Virus record (IMG/VR): IMGVR_UViG_3300031368_000001 | Span: 32,001-96,000 of that record | Direction: 5' to 3' (one strand) | Origin: a virus | Length of the DNA stretch: 64,000 bases | The notes under the pieces: generated by a model | The model's input: the letters and a program-made list of their open reading frames with translations, nothing else | Databases searched by the model: none | What the model was told of the DNA's origin: nothing | In this document: piece by piece, positions 1 to 11,762 of the stretch | Numbering within the stretch: the first letter of the stretch is position 1 | Layout of the letters: each line of letters begins with the position of its first letter | Made by a program: the position numbers and the translations under genes

Positions 1-37
1 TTGATCGGTACCGGGTACAGGTTGAAAGGAAAAAATA

Positions 38-1631
38 ATGAAAATAGTAAAAGTCGATAATTTTGATAGAGAAAATACATCTGATGTATTGATAGCAAAT
101 AACGTCCATAATTTTTATGCAGAATATATCGCTGAAGCCCTCAACAAAAAATTTAGCCCAGGAGACCACTCACCAGATTTTTTCAGAGCAGTCGAGAATG
201 ATTATAAACCGTACAAATTTGAGCCATAAAGGGAGATGATATGAGTGACAACCCTGAAAAACAAAGTTCAACATCGTCTTAATCCCCTACATGTTTATTG
301 TAGATTGACACATCTCTGCGGTAAGAAAATCGCGCGAAAGATTTGCATGTTTTATCAGAAACACTTTTGGTTTATATTGTATTAGAAAATATATTGTATT
401 AGAAAAAAAGGTAGTTATGAATAAGATAAAGAGAAAACTCAACAAGCTGGAATATACGAAAAGAACGATGACTGAAATAGAGGACAGAATAAAAATCATG
501 GTAGCAACAGAAGTAAGAAAAACTCATCCAGATATTAAGTCCCTTGATATTCATTGTCCCTTCCAATGGGAATGTAAAAAAAGTCCTTTCGGTTATTGTG
601 TCTATGATACCTGGAAAGATTCAGCTATGAACAACTGTATCTACTGCGGTGAACCTTATGAGAGAAAATAGTGAAAAACCTATTCTTTAAATACTATTTC
701 ATTCCAGCTCTAAAACTCTTTTTACATCCACATTATAGAAAACACGGCTTATGGAAAGCTTGCTTGGTGTTTGAAATTAAAAGATTACTAAAAAGGAACA
801 ACCGTGAAAAAACAAAAATCCTACCCTGTTGTAATTTATGAATGGCCCTGGTCACAGAACTGTATGGACTGTAAATACGGAGAATACATGTATTCAGAAA
901 CTTATAGTACAAATTGCTACCTATGCCATCTATGCTGTGAAAAAAATGACGGAGAGTATTGTCCGAGAAAGGAGAAAAATAAATATGGCCATGCATACAA
1001 TCATCGAACTTAATCATGATCTTTCACACACATGGTTGAATGAAAAATTTGCTTACAATCTATACCATGCTCTTATCGGATCATTCTTTAAAGACAATGT
1101 CGTAGATCAGAATGAGCGGATACTAAGAAACTACGGTATCAAAATCCTAAGCCAGCACCACAGCAGTAGGATATTTGAACTGACAGAAAAGACACCATGA
1201 GAAAATATATCTACATCGGCATATTTCTTGCGTGTGTTCTTCCTATAGCCTGGCCAACAAACTGGCCTATAATCTGGCCTGACGGATGGTGGAAATTCAC
1301 CATGCAGCTCCCATCAGGAAAACCCGCAGAAGAACTTATAAAAAGAAAGAGGCCTCTTCCAAAACTTAAACTTGGAGAGGCTATGCTTCACATAGACCCT
1401 TTCGATAGAATGACATTCGGAAAAATTATTCGGATCCAGAGATTCCCGTCGGGGGATAACACATCGAGGGGTAAAACATCGGGGGATAAACCCGAAATTT
1501 TTATCCTTGTTTATTTGAAGAGTGAAAAAAGTATTAAGAAGATCCCAGCCAATCATGGAACCTGGATCAGCATTGAAGAAATTCTAAGAAAGGAATATCT
1601 GGAAAATGAGACTAAGTTAGGTTGGGAGTAA
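38..1631 (+). other. Cluster of small hypothetical phage ORFs (38-229, 417-671, 804-1013, ~982-1200, 1197-1631), several Cys-rich
   Basis: Tightly packed co-oriented ORFs with SD-like motifs; no recognisable family. Confidence 0.6.
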
Positions 1632-1968
1632 ATATTATGAGAAAGATTAAGTACGATATTTTAGTAATTACCTTAGGATCTATTTCAATCAGTTTCGGTC
1701 TTGGTTTGTGTGTCGGTGTAGGAATCTGGCTTATCGCATTAACCATATATTCCAAATAAATAAGAAAACCCAGAAAGAAAGGGATCGTCTCTGTGCTGTC
1801 GTATCCAGAGACGATTCCAACTATGAATTAAACAATACAAAGAGAAAAGGCCATCTCCCTGTGAAGGATACAGGGAGTGATGGCCAGGAAGAGATAGTGT
1901 ATTCAGGGACCCAGCACTAACCGCCTGGTTACCTTGAAAATCCATAATGGAAAGGAGGTGAACCACCT

Positions 1969-2298
1969 ATGCGGAAGTTCTTAATCGTGCTGAGCATTAT
2001 CTGCATGCTCTTCATCGTAAGCGTCGCCCAAGCAGCTGACGTGGTTATCACGGCAAAGATCCAGAGCGTAACTACTGCCATTGATAAAAATGGCAATCCG
2101 TACGTCCGGTTCATAGTCGATGAAACTCGTAAGATGCAAGGAGTCGAGTACGAGGTAGGAGTAGCAGTAATGGCCTTCAGAGGTACAGTCAAGGAAGCAA
2201 AGACTCTTAAAGACGGAGATGTTCTTAAAGCTATCTGTAGCGAGAAAGAGTATCAAGGTCGGAAGTCTTACACTATCCTGAAGCTGTTGCCTAAGTAA
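1969..2298 (+). CDS. Secreted/periplasmic OB-fold-like protein (moron-like)
   Basis: Signal peptide MRKFLIVLSIICMLFIVSVAQA; beta-rich body (DKNGNPYVRFIV...LKDGDVLKAIC); strong SD AAGGAGGTG; own terminator. Confidence 0.7.
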   Translation: MRKFLIVLSIICMLFIVSVAQAADVVITAKIQSVTTAIDKNGNPYVRFIVDETRKMQGVEYEVGVAVMAFRGTVKEAKTLKDGDVLKAICSEKEYQGRKSYTILKLLPK

Positions 2299-2307
2299 GG
2301 CAAACCT

Positions 2308-2371
2308 GGAAGGGGAGATTCGGTCTCAGATCTCTTGATTGAGACAAAGACTGAATCTTCCCTTTTTTTTT
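2308..2371 (+). terminator. Intrinsic terminator, possibly bidirectional
   Basis: GGAAGGGGAGATTCGGTC...GACTGAATCTTCCCTTTT stem followed by a T9 run. Confidence 0.8.
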
Positions 2372-2392
2372 ATGTATTGATAGTTTTTATTA

Positions 2393-2429
2393 GTTTCAAT
2401 CCTTGTTTTAGTAGACCCCCGCCCTTCAC
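2393..2429 (-). CRISPR. Solitary CRISPR repeat unit (37 bp)
   Basis: Minus strand GTGAAGGGCGGGGGTCTACTAAAACAAGGATTGAAAC; 37 nt ending in the AAAACAAGGATTGAAAC tail typical of Cas6-processed type I/III repeats; single copy, no cas genes in window. Confidence 0.75.
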
Positions 2430-2441
2430 AGGTTTTTTATT

Positions 2442-2470
2442 ATTATAACATAGACAAAAGGAGAAAGCAA
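2442..2470 (-). promoter_or_regulatory. Sigma70 promoter reading into the solitary repeat
   Basis: TTGCTT (2470-2465) - 17 bp - TATAAT (2447-2442), with extended -10 TGn. Confidence 0.7.
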
Positions 2471-2472
2471 GC

Positions 2473-3681
2473 ATGCAACACACACTTGGAAAATTACGAA
2501 TCAATGATATGCCTTTACCAGCCAGAGGGCATATTGAAATCAATGGTGATAAAGTAAGATTAATTATGAAAGACCTTCGCCGAGGTAAACATTACACCAT
2601 GAGTGACTCAATGGCTTCCGATGCCCAGCGCATAGTCGATTGCGTCAACGGCTGTATAGGAATCGAAAATCCGGGAGCGATAATGGAGGCTGTGGAAGCA
2701 TTAAAGTTAGCTGATGGAATAGCCAGCACACTCATGGATGAACTCGTCGGTATCAAGGCTACAAACTGGAGCATCGTTAATGGTGGCCTTGTAAGAATAG
2801 GCAATGCTCTTAAAAATATCCAGAAGGAATAAAATCATGATCGACATATACACTAAAGTAATTCTAACTATCATAGGCATAACACTTATCGGTCTTCTAT
2901 TACAGCCGATAATAATGCCTAAACCAAGTATAGCAGATGGAATCGTAGCAGTCGATCTCGTCCGCATCAATGGCTACTATGTTCAGAATCCGCTGGAAGT
3001 GAAGGTGGTGAAAAGATAATTGTGATAGAGAAGGGTAACCATGTTCTACATAGGATTAACAGTTGGAATATTTATCGGATTTGTAATCGCAGCACTGATG
3101 GTTATGGGTAGAAAGGAATCATGAAAATCCAAGACATCCTGGCTTCCCTGGAAAAAAAATCAAAGCTGAATACCTTCCTGAAGATATTCTTTGCATACGT
3201 AACTCTTTGCGGCCTAACCATGTTCCCTTGTTTCATCATGGAAGAATCAATTCAGATGACAACTTTTGGGACATGGCCAGCGAAGGATGCAAAAAATTGG
3301 AGCCTAGTATTAAAAGGCTGCGACACAATAAACAAAATTAATCTTTCTTTAAAGATCATAAATTATTCGGTTGGGTGGGTTCAACCACTTGCCTTTTTTT
3401 CATATCGATCATTTTCACATGGAACCGATTACTACGTTAAAAGTTTAAAAACCCTTGCATTCGCCAAATCCCCAGAAAGCTTCGATGGCAGAAAGATTGA
3501 ATTCACGTTTACTCCTCAGAGAATAATTCAGGAAGGCGGAAAGGTAATCTTAGTAAATAGAACCATTAGAGTAATCGTAGATAAGGTCCCCATTGAGAAG
3601 TCAGTAAAAGTGAAAGGGATTGTTAAAGTAGAAAATAATTTAGTGATAGTGGAGGATGAAGATGGACATAACAGGAATTGA
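2473..3681 (+). other. Hypothetical ORFs 2473-2832, ~2836-3019 (TM), 3121-3681 (TM)
   Basis: ORF track; hydrophobic N-terminal segments. Confidence 0.6.
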
Positions 3682-4186
3682 GCTACATTATAAACATCCA
3701 GATTTTTTAGGAATCAAATGGATTCTGAGAGCTATAGATAAAAAGAATCGCAATCACATTCTAAGAAACATAATCTTCGATTCCGGTAAATGGGTGGGAA
3801 CAGATGAAAGCCGGATCCATATCTATGAAAGCCAAGGGAGATCTTTTAAAGAAGGCTTGTATGAATCTGTAATAAATAACAATGAAAAGCTTATTCTAAA
3901 ATTTGTTTCAAATGATCTAAACAAATATCCAGAGTGGGAAAATATCTTTCCCGATCCCTCGAAAGCTTCACTGGAACTTAAAATCAATTCTGTCTCTAAT
4001 CCCTCAGTTGAATATACTAAAATCATTCGATGCATGGAGGTATCAGTCACTTTGAATTTTCGATTCTTTAAGGATTTACTAAAAGGAACTTCCAGTCCCT
4101 GGACAGTACATATTTATGAAAAATTAGATCCTGTTTACTTTATGAATGAACGAAAGACAGGAATGATTTCGCCGATACATGTGTAA
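3656..4186 (+). CDS. DNA polymerase III beta-clamp-like protein (partial clamp fold)
   Basis: WVGTDESRIH (cf. vATDghRl), KYPEWENIFP, LNFRFFKDLL, C-terminal MISPI (cf. imP). Confidence 0.6.
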   Translation: MKMDITGIELHYKHPDFLGIKWILRAIDKKNRNHILRNIIFDSGKWVGTDESRIHIYESQGRSFKEGLYESVINNNEKLILKFVSNDLNKYPEWENIFPDPSKASLELKINSVSNPSVEYTKIIRCMEVSVTLNFRFFKDLLKGTSSPWTVHIYEKLDPVYFMNERKTGMISPIHV

Positions 4187-4471
4187 TAGTAACAAGTGAG
4201 GTGAAAAAAAAATGGGGGAAGAAAGAAAAAATATTGAATGTCCCTTTGCTAATGAAATTAAAGAACTTCGGGACAAAGCCGAAAACAGAGATTACTGGAG
4301 AGAATTATACTTTGAGGAAGAAAGAAAAAATGATGAATGGTGTGAAACACAAACCGAAATCGTTAAAAATTTACTCAATACTGAATCATCGAAGAGCCTT
4401 CACGATCTTCTTCAAGAGTTATATATAGAATTTAGGTATCTTCAACAACCACTGAAAGGAGGTGATACATA

Positions 4472-4861
4472 ATGTTAAACGTAGCAGCGTTAGAGGTAAG
4501 ACTAGGACGAAATCCAGAACTCAGGTACACTCCAGATGGAACTGCGGTGTGTAATTTATCCGGAGCGAACAACTTCAGATATAACGGAAAAGAGCGTACA
4601 GACTGGTTTTCATTTGTCTTCTGGAATAAGCTCGCTGAAATAGTTGCTCAGTACCTGAAGAAAGGTAGCCGCATCAACGTCAGTGGCAGACTCCAAAGCA
4701 GAACCTGGGAAGACAAGGATGGTAGCACGCGATATGTGACAGAGATCCGCGCCAATGATGTAAGCTTCCTCGATCCAAAAAGTGGAGATACGGTAGAAGC
4801 TAAAGATGAGGTTGGACCAGTCGCGGGGGAGAAGGATGATGATGGAGACATTCCTTTTTAA
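4472..4861 (+). CDS. ssb: Single-stranded DNA-binding protein
   Basis: GRNPELRYTPDGTAVCN, YLKKGSRINVSGRLQSRTWEDKDG, acidic tail DDDGDIPF. Confidence 0.95.
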   Translation: MLNVAALEVRLGRNPELRYTPDGTAVCNLSGANNFRYNGKERTDWFSFVFWNKLAEIVAQYLKKGSRINVSGRLQSRTWEDKDGSTRYVTEIRANDVSFLDPKSGDTVEAKDEVGPVAGEKDDDGDIPF

Positions 4862-4944
4862 CGGGAAGACTTTTTTAAGGTAACTAATTAGAGAGGAGGT
4901 AGCTGTTATCTCCTCTCTTTAAACAAAATATAAGGAAAAAAATT

Positions 4945-6282
4945 ATGGCTAAGGCTTTAGGAATAAAACAAATCGAAATGTACGAACACATGATCATCGA
5001 AGACTTTGCACCATTAATTACCATTTTAGAAAGCAGGACTGCAGGAATCCAGGATAGCGTCACAAAACAGGTTAAGAAAGATATGGGAATATATGAGCTG
5101 CTGGCAGAAAAAGCAGCGCTGAAAGAAAGAATTAAAGAGATTGAATCAAAAACTGAACGGCTCACAAAAGATACATACCATAGGGATCCTGATGGTAATA
5201 ATACCTGGATCTCTGAATTAAGTTCAGAGACAAATCGCAGACTGGAAGAACTAAATGAACCTCTCTCTACTGCCACTGAAGCGAAAAAAGAAATAGTCAG
5301 AGAAATCCGGTTATCGAGCGTTCCCACTGATATCAAAACAATTTTTGCCAGGAGCGGAAAAATTATCAAACAACTCAGCAAAGAAGTAGCGAAACTCCCG
5401 GCAATAAATATCGGGGTTGTGCCTGAGTTGGAAGATCTGTAAAGGAATAATATCTTGTAAGGAGATAATCATGAAAGAAATATTTTACTTCATTCGAGAC
5501 AAAGATCACAAGCCGGTTATCTCAGTTTGCTTATTGGCAACAACCGATGATTCACCCACAAAGATCGGAGCCCGCGGAGTTGCCATCTGCAGCGATAAGG
5601 ATACACCGTGCACCAAACTACATGCTCACCAAAGTAATGGACCTGGGATAGCTCGGAGGAGAGCATGGAAAGCGTGGAAGAGTGGTGGAGATAAACACGG
5701 AATTCATAGAGAAGAAGCATTTAAAATCCTGGATGCAGTCAGATTTAATAATTCAGAAATCTGGGAAGATATTGCATTTCCTCAGATGTTTGCGTGTAAG
5801 GCTTTTTACTCTCCCATCCCCAGTCCCAAAGAAACACGCATACTAATAAAGGTGAAACGATGAACTTATATCTACATCCAAAACATGGAGTCAATCCAAC
5901 TATGGATACTTGTTTTTATTGCGGAGAAGCAAAAGACATACTGCTTGTTGGAAGCCACACGCAGAGGTTTCAAGAAGAAAGCCTTGCCGATAGCACTGGC
6001 AAAATGAATACACAGATTGGTGTGACAAACATGGAACCCTGTAATAAATGTGCTAAGTATATGAAACAGGGTATCATCCTTATTTCAACTAAAAATGAAA
6101 TTAGTGATGAACCATATAGAACCGGCGGGTGGATCGTAATCAAAGAAGAGGCTTTAAAAAGAATGGTAAACATAGAACTCTTCGAACAGATTAGAAAGAA
6201 ACGTTTTGCCTTTGTTCCTGACGCAGTATGGGATAAATTAGGCTTACCAAGAGGAGAGGTAGAAGGAATACCATCATCATGA
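4945..6282 (+). other. Hypothetical phage proteins 4945-5442 (coiled coil), ~5471-5863, 5860-6282 (CxxC motifs)
   Basis: ORF track; SD motifs and coupled start/stop codons. Confidence 0.65.
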
Positions 6283-6644
6283 AATTTCTCTACTATGCAC
6301 ATTCAAAATTATCTTATGGGACCCGAAAAGAAAAACGGGAACTGAGGTTAATTAGAAAAGAGTTCCCTGAATATGAGATCATAAATCCGGGTACGGTTAA
6401 TTTTGTGAGCTTATACGAAAATGACATCATGGATGAATGCAAAAGTATTGTTCGACAAGTTCATATAGTAGTTGCATCAGAATATAATAAACACATAGGC
6501 CGAGGGGTATTCGAAGAACTATCAGAAAAAACCAGAGCCAGGAAATTCTTATTAAGAAATAAAGAGTTTATAAAAAACTTCTCTGTGAGAATAGTAGATA
6601 AAGAAGATTGGAGTGTGAAATATGGGAAATGTGAGGAGGTGTAA
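6279..6644 (+). CDS. Nucleoside 2-deoxyribosyltransferase-like protein
   Basis: YYAHS...EIINPG...CKSIVRQVHIVV...IGRGVFEEL pattern. Confidence 0.55.
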   Translation: MKFLYYAHSKLSYGTRKEKRELRLIRKEFPEYEIINPGTVNFVSLYENDIMDECKSIVRQVHIVVASEYNKHIGRGVFEELSEKTRARKFLLRNKEFIKNFSVRIVDKEDWSVKYGKCEEV

Positions 6645-6718
6645 GGAGGTATGAGATGTGAGGAGGTGTGAGATGTAAGGAGGCATGAGGTGTGAAGCGT
6701 AAGGAGGTGTGAGGTATG
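6631..6718 (+). repeat. Degenerate tandem repeat containing five AGGAGG motifs
   Basis: AGGAGG at ~6634, 6644, 6661, 6678, 6702; derived from the upstream gene end (CEEV*). Confidence 0.85.
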
Positions 6719-6886
6719 GGAAAATATTGGAAGATAAAAATATGGATCGAGGTAGATGAAGAAATACCAGATGTATGGAATAATAAATCTGAGTGTATAA
6801 CAGAAAGCAAGCATCTACAATCTATACAACCAGAAAATAAGTATGAGTGTATAGAATGTGATGAGAACGGAGAGGAGCTATGACCT

Positions 6887-9800
6887 ATGGGCGATAAATG
6901 CTGGATACAAATGATATTCAGGAAAGAAGACCAGGGGAAGTTTGAGAAGATACTCGGAGATTGCTGGGACAACACAGACGAAGAAAATGGCGTAATGACC
7001 GGGAATGCCTATGAAGTAAACTATGGCCTCTATGAAGAAAGAGAAGAACTTGCTGAAACAGGCCTTACATTTTATGGGCATCATGGAGCTGGAGGAGACT
7101 ACAATGATTGTGTCTTTGCCTGTCATAATAAACATCACGTTGAATCCAATGCAGACTTTGATGGCAGACCGGTAGTTGCTATAAATACAAAAACCGGTGA
7201 AATATCTCAAATAGATCTCAGTATATTCTACAACTATCGAAGAGTTTACTTAGATGCTAAGGAATATATCGAGAGAGGAACATAAACTATGAAACAAGAA
7301 GACATAGATAAATATATAAATCATCGCGGACTTCACTGTCCATATTGCAATAGTCCAGAAATTGAAGGTAACTATGTAAATGTTGATGCTGGATTTGCAT
7401 GGCAAAAAATAAAATGTCTGAACTGTGATAAATCATGGATTAATATTTATAAACTAGTAAATATAGAGGAGGAATTTTGAAAATTAAACACATCAACGTA
7501 ATAGTCTCTAAAGCAATAGAGAAAAAAACCTGGCACGACAATCTATCCAAAGGAAGCAGGTGGGGCTTAACTTATGGCGCTGATGCTGACCTGAGCAGGC
7601 GGGATGACCCGATAGATTCCATTATAAGTTTAGATAACCAGCTGAGGGAGTTGATAGCGGAGAGGCTGGAGGGACCAGGAGGAAATAATGTGGACAAAAA
7701 AGTGGCCTGAAGAAAGAGGATTTTACTGGTTTTATGGACGACCATATAATTCTAATGGAATCTCATACTCTGATAAAGAAGAACTCTTCGTTGTTGAAGT
7801 AGTGAGAATCCACAAAAATTTCGTGATATGCATTAATCTTTCTGATGATACTACTGAATATGGTGAAAGCTTAATATCTGAAGAAAAAACACAGGGAATG
7901 TGGCAAAAGATACAGCCTCCAAAACTACCTGGGGATTACTATGACACTCACTGAATATCTCCATCAGAGAAAAATAAAGATTATATCTGACATCAAACGA
8001 GATAATAAAATCGATGCAGACAATTATCATAATGTTGGATTGCTGAAAGAAATTGAGAAGGTGATAGCTATAGCTGAGAAGTGATAATAGCTAGAAAATG
8101 GTAGTAGCTGCTGAGAAAAATGGAGAAATATGATAGGATAAAGCTATGAAAAAAAAATTAGTCTGTGATGAGTGCGGTGAAACAAATGATGTAATAACCT
8201 CAACTGTTTGGTGGACTGCATGGGGAAGAAATACCTTTGATCTCGCCTGGCAAAAAAATAAAGGCAAACTCTTTCTATGTGAAAAATGTGAAGAAGAAAA
8301 CTGGACTGTTTGCTGTGATTGTCAAGCTCTTATTGAAAATGATCATTATGGTCTTGGGTATCTATTAGGTGAAGAAATATACGGCGATAGTTTATGTCCA
8401 GAATGTGCAGAAAAGCGGGGCCTTAAAAGAACTTGCAGAATTGCAAATTATACAAAATAACAAACAACAATTTACCAGCTGTAAACAAACAACAAATTAC
8501 CAAAGGAGGTAAAAATGTTTGAAGTATTATTCTTTAACAATGGAAGTTCTGCTTGTCTGAAAGATGGAAAACAGGTACTAGAATTACAGGAATCATGGCT
8601 TTTGTTATATGTAAAATTCCTAGAAGAAAAAGGGATTGATCCTACTGATGGCATTTTCAGTATGCCAGGAGGGGAAGAAGTAAAAGTTTTCAAAACCGGT
8701 AGTGACTATAACTGGAGATTTCTATCAAAATCATGAAAATACATCTCAAAGTAAACAGTTCAAACCTACGACACACACGCTTCACAGTCTTTACTAACGG
8801 CGCGAATTGTGGCACACTTATAATGACGAATGAAGAGTTTAAGAGGTTTTGTGATTTGCTGAGGAAAGGCGCTGGGAATAATGTGGACTTGACCGCATCC
8901 GGGACAATATATACTGAGGAAGACAGGAGAGGAAGATGATAATAGAAGGAACCTGGCCAAAAGATGATTTACGAAGAGCTTTCGTAGCTGGCGCGAAATG
9001 GTGGGAGTATCATCAAACTAACTTTACTATGTGGCCGAGTGATCGAAAACTCGCAGAGACTAAAGCGGAAAAACTGTACCCCTCTGGCGAACCTAGAACT
9101 AAGGAGCAATAACTATGTCTGACTTTACCTGTCGTAACGGTCATCTCATGAGCATCAAAGATAAATTCTGCCCAATCTGTGGTCTACCAGTTAGATATGA
9201 AGATAGAAGAATAGATTATATAACCTATGAAGAGTATGTAAGAGAGTGGAAAAAAAAAGAACAACCATGCTCTTTATTCCAGGAGCCATTTATTTTAGAT
9301 GAGAGATATTCGCATCAAACAAGATACCATAACAGATGAAATCAGAGTCTCAACTGCCGCAATATATAGGGAAGAAGTATTTTATGATGGCCTTCATAAA
9401 TACTGGCTTATTGAAACCTGGTGTTTTAGCAAGGACCCAAAACAAAAAAGTTTTCAGGTTATATATGGCACACCAAGTTTTCTATATGATCAGATCAGAT
9501 GGAAGGCACGAAAAGTTCATGGATATATTGTAGAAAATTTAAGGAGAAATCATGACAGAAAGAACTCTCCGTAAACTAATCATAATCTTCTTAATTTTAG
9601 GAAGCATAGTAATCTTGGTAAAGATATTATAAGGAAAGAGAGGAATAGTAATGCTTGATATTAAAACAATACCAGACGATAGGCTCAAACAAGATTTAGA
9701 TGACAGCTATAAAGATATCATGGATTGCACAACAGCATTAAAAGTTGGAGTAACTCAGTATAGTGGCGGTTCAATCGAGGAACGCTTAAATAAGAATAAA

Positions 9801-10228
9801 CATTTTGTGAAAGTTATTACGGCTGAAATTAAACGTAGAAAAATGTTCCATGGTAAATCTATACACTCTGATCCTTGTTTAGGCGAACGGAATTTAGAGG
9901 CAGATAATTAAAATATTATGATCTCTCTCATCTCAACTATACTTACTTTAATCTGGCTTTGTCATAAGCCTGCTTTAATTAAAGTTTTTATCGGCCTCGG
10001 TATGATGTTGATAGATTTGATAATTATAGGGAAGGGATTGCCGTGAAAAACTTCGATTGGAATGTAGATAAAATTAGCGATGTAGAAGCAAGACTTAATG
10101 CTGCTCAGAAACTATGGAACATGCAAACATTCCTTAAGCCTACTCAAAAAAGACGCATAGAGATTCTCAGTTTGTTTAACCAGACTGTAACAGATCTTGA
10201 ATCTATTATAACTGAGTTAGAGGAATAA
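6887..10228 (+). other. Run of small hypothetical ORFs, several Zn-ribbon (7289-7480, 8146-8460, 9115-9339)
   Basis: ORF track; CxxC pairs; coupled starts and stops. Confidence 0.65.
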
Positions 10229-10384
10229 AAAGAAAGGACGCCCCTGCCAGATTACGGCCAAATCTAACAGGGACGCTTAAAGGAGGATAATGAAAAGAGA
10301 ACTGTCTTTCCTTCTATCCTACCTTTGAAATATTGTCAAGTGATTTATTTTTATAAGTGAAAAAAAATATAATGAGGTGAACCT

Positions 10385-11344
10385 ATGGCAACTAAGGGCC
10401 TAGCAAACAAAGCTATGTTGGTAAGTTTAGTTATATCACAATGGCTTACCAGAATAGTTGATAAGTCGATTACATGGCAAATTGCCAATGATCATAAAGC
10501 AAGCAAAGATGCAGGCACATACCGCAAACGTCTATTAGCAAACAAAGGCGCTGTAGCTAGAGTGCAGACTGCAGTAAGCGCGCTCAGAAGATATCATGGG
10601 CAGATGACTCTTCCTTGGACTAAGGGAATAGGAATTCTTGCGAGCTCAAAGTATACAGAGTACTCAGCTAAAATGAGAGGACTCATCAATGAATTCAAGG
10701 CAGCTGTCCTGGAGCTTCTTAATGAATATCCTATTTTAAAAGATGATGCAAAGTATGATCTTGGTGATATGTGGAAAGATGATGACTATCCAACAGAGAA
10801 ATGGCTTAAAGCAAAGTTCGATGTAAGGATTGATGTTTTTCCTGTTCCTCAAGCTGGAGACTGGAGGGTAGAGCTTACAGACAAAGAAATGGAAAAACTT
10901 AATAAAGAAATTGAGAAGCGCGAAGAAGAACGCACCAAGGAAGCCATGAATAAACTATGGGAGCGCCTGTATAAACCGGTAAAGCATATGGTTGAAGTTC
11001 TCAACAAAGATAATCCTAAGATCTTCAAGACACTTACTTCAAATATTATGAATCTCACAGAAATCCTGCCTGATCTTAACTTCACTGAAGATCCGAAGCT
11101 CGAGGATCTCAGAAAAGAGGTCCAGGATAAACTTTGTGAAATCTCAATAGACGAACTGAAAGAATCCAAATACTTTAGAGAAACTATAGCCGGAAAAGCC
11201 GAGGAGCTACGCCAGAAAATTAAGGAAGGTGGGGATATAACAGATGATGATGTTCTAGAAATGATGGATGGATATGTAGGAAATGAAATCATAGAAGAAT
11301 TTGGTCCACCTGTTGTTGGACAGAAAAAAATAAAGGGGGTGTGA
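10385..11344 (+). CDS. DUF3150-like phage protein
   Basis: AMLVSLVISQW...TLPW...DDYPT...F pattern; sits upstream of AAA+/VWA genes, as is typical. Confidence 0.6.
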   Translation: MATKGLANKAMLVSLVISQWLTRIVDKSITWQIANDHKASKDAGTYRKRLLANKGAVARVQTAVSALRRYHGQMTLPWTKGIGILASSKYTEYSAKMRGLINEFKAAVLELLNEYPILKDDAKYDLGDMWKDDDYPTEKWLKAKFDVRIDVFPVPQAGDWRVELTDKEMEKLNKEIEKREEERTKEAMNKLWERLYKPVKHMVEVLNKDNPKIFKTLTSNIMNLTEILPDLNFTEDPKLEDLRKEVQDKLCEISIDELKESKYFRETIAGKAEELRQKIKEGGDITDDDVLEMMDGYVGNEIIEEFGPPVVGQKKIKGV

Positions 11345-11762
11345 GTAGATGATTAGTTTATCTGCAAAAGAATATAGAATAGATTTAATCTGGCAGTGCC
11401 CAAAATGCAAAAAAACAGTAACATCCTGTATTGATGAACCTATCGAGAATGGATGGCCTTTATGTACCTGTAGCAAAGAACCGTTTCCAGAAATGAACTT
11501 AGTTACTTACCTTTTATCAAATAATAACATCGAATGAACCACACACAGACTTCCGCACTATCTTTTCTTCACAACCAAATGGATGATCTGCTCGCAGATT
11601 ACGCCAATGCCAAAATCAATGCCGCCTTTTTTATTAACCAGATCAATGACTTACTTAACAAACTTGAAGTCTTTATTAAAGAAAATAAATCTTCTGATGT
11701 TTCATATGAAAGAAGCATCCAGATACATAAATCATTTTTCAGAGTGAAGAACGGAGGATAAC

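Noticed and set aside
85-96. 12-nt match (ATGTATTGATAG) to the spacer-like segment beside the solitary repeat
   Set aside because: Short and AT-rich; plausible by chance
1858-2432. 10-bp inverted repeat CCTGTGAAGG/CCTTCACAGG as transposon ends
   Set aside because: Too short; no transposase or target-site duplication
9845-9880. attC remnant at the end of ORF 9651-9911
   Set aside because: Only vague left-arm similarity; no AAC core and no right arm
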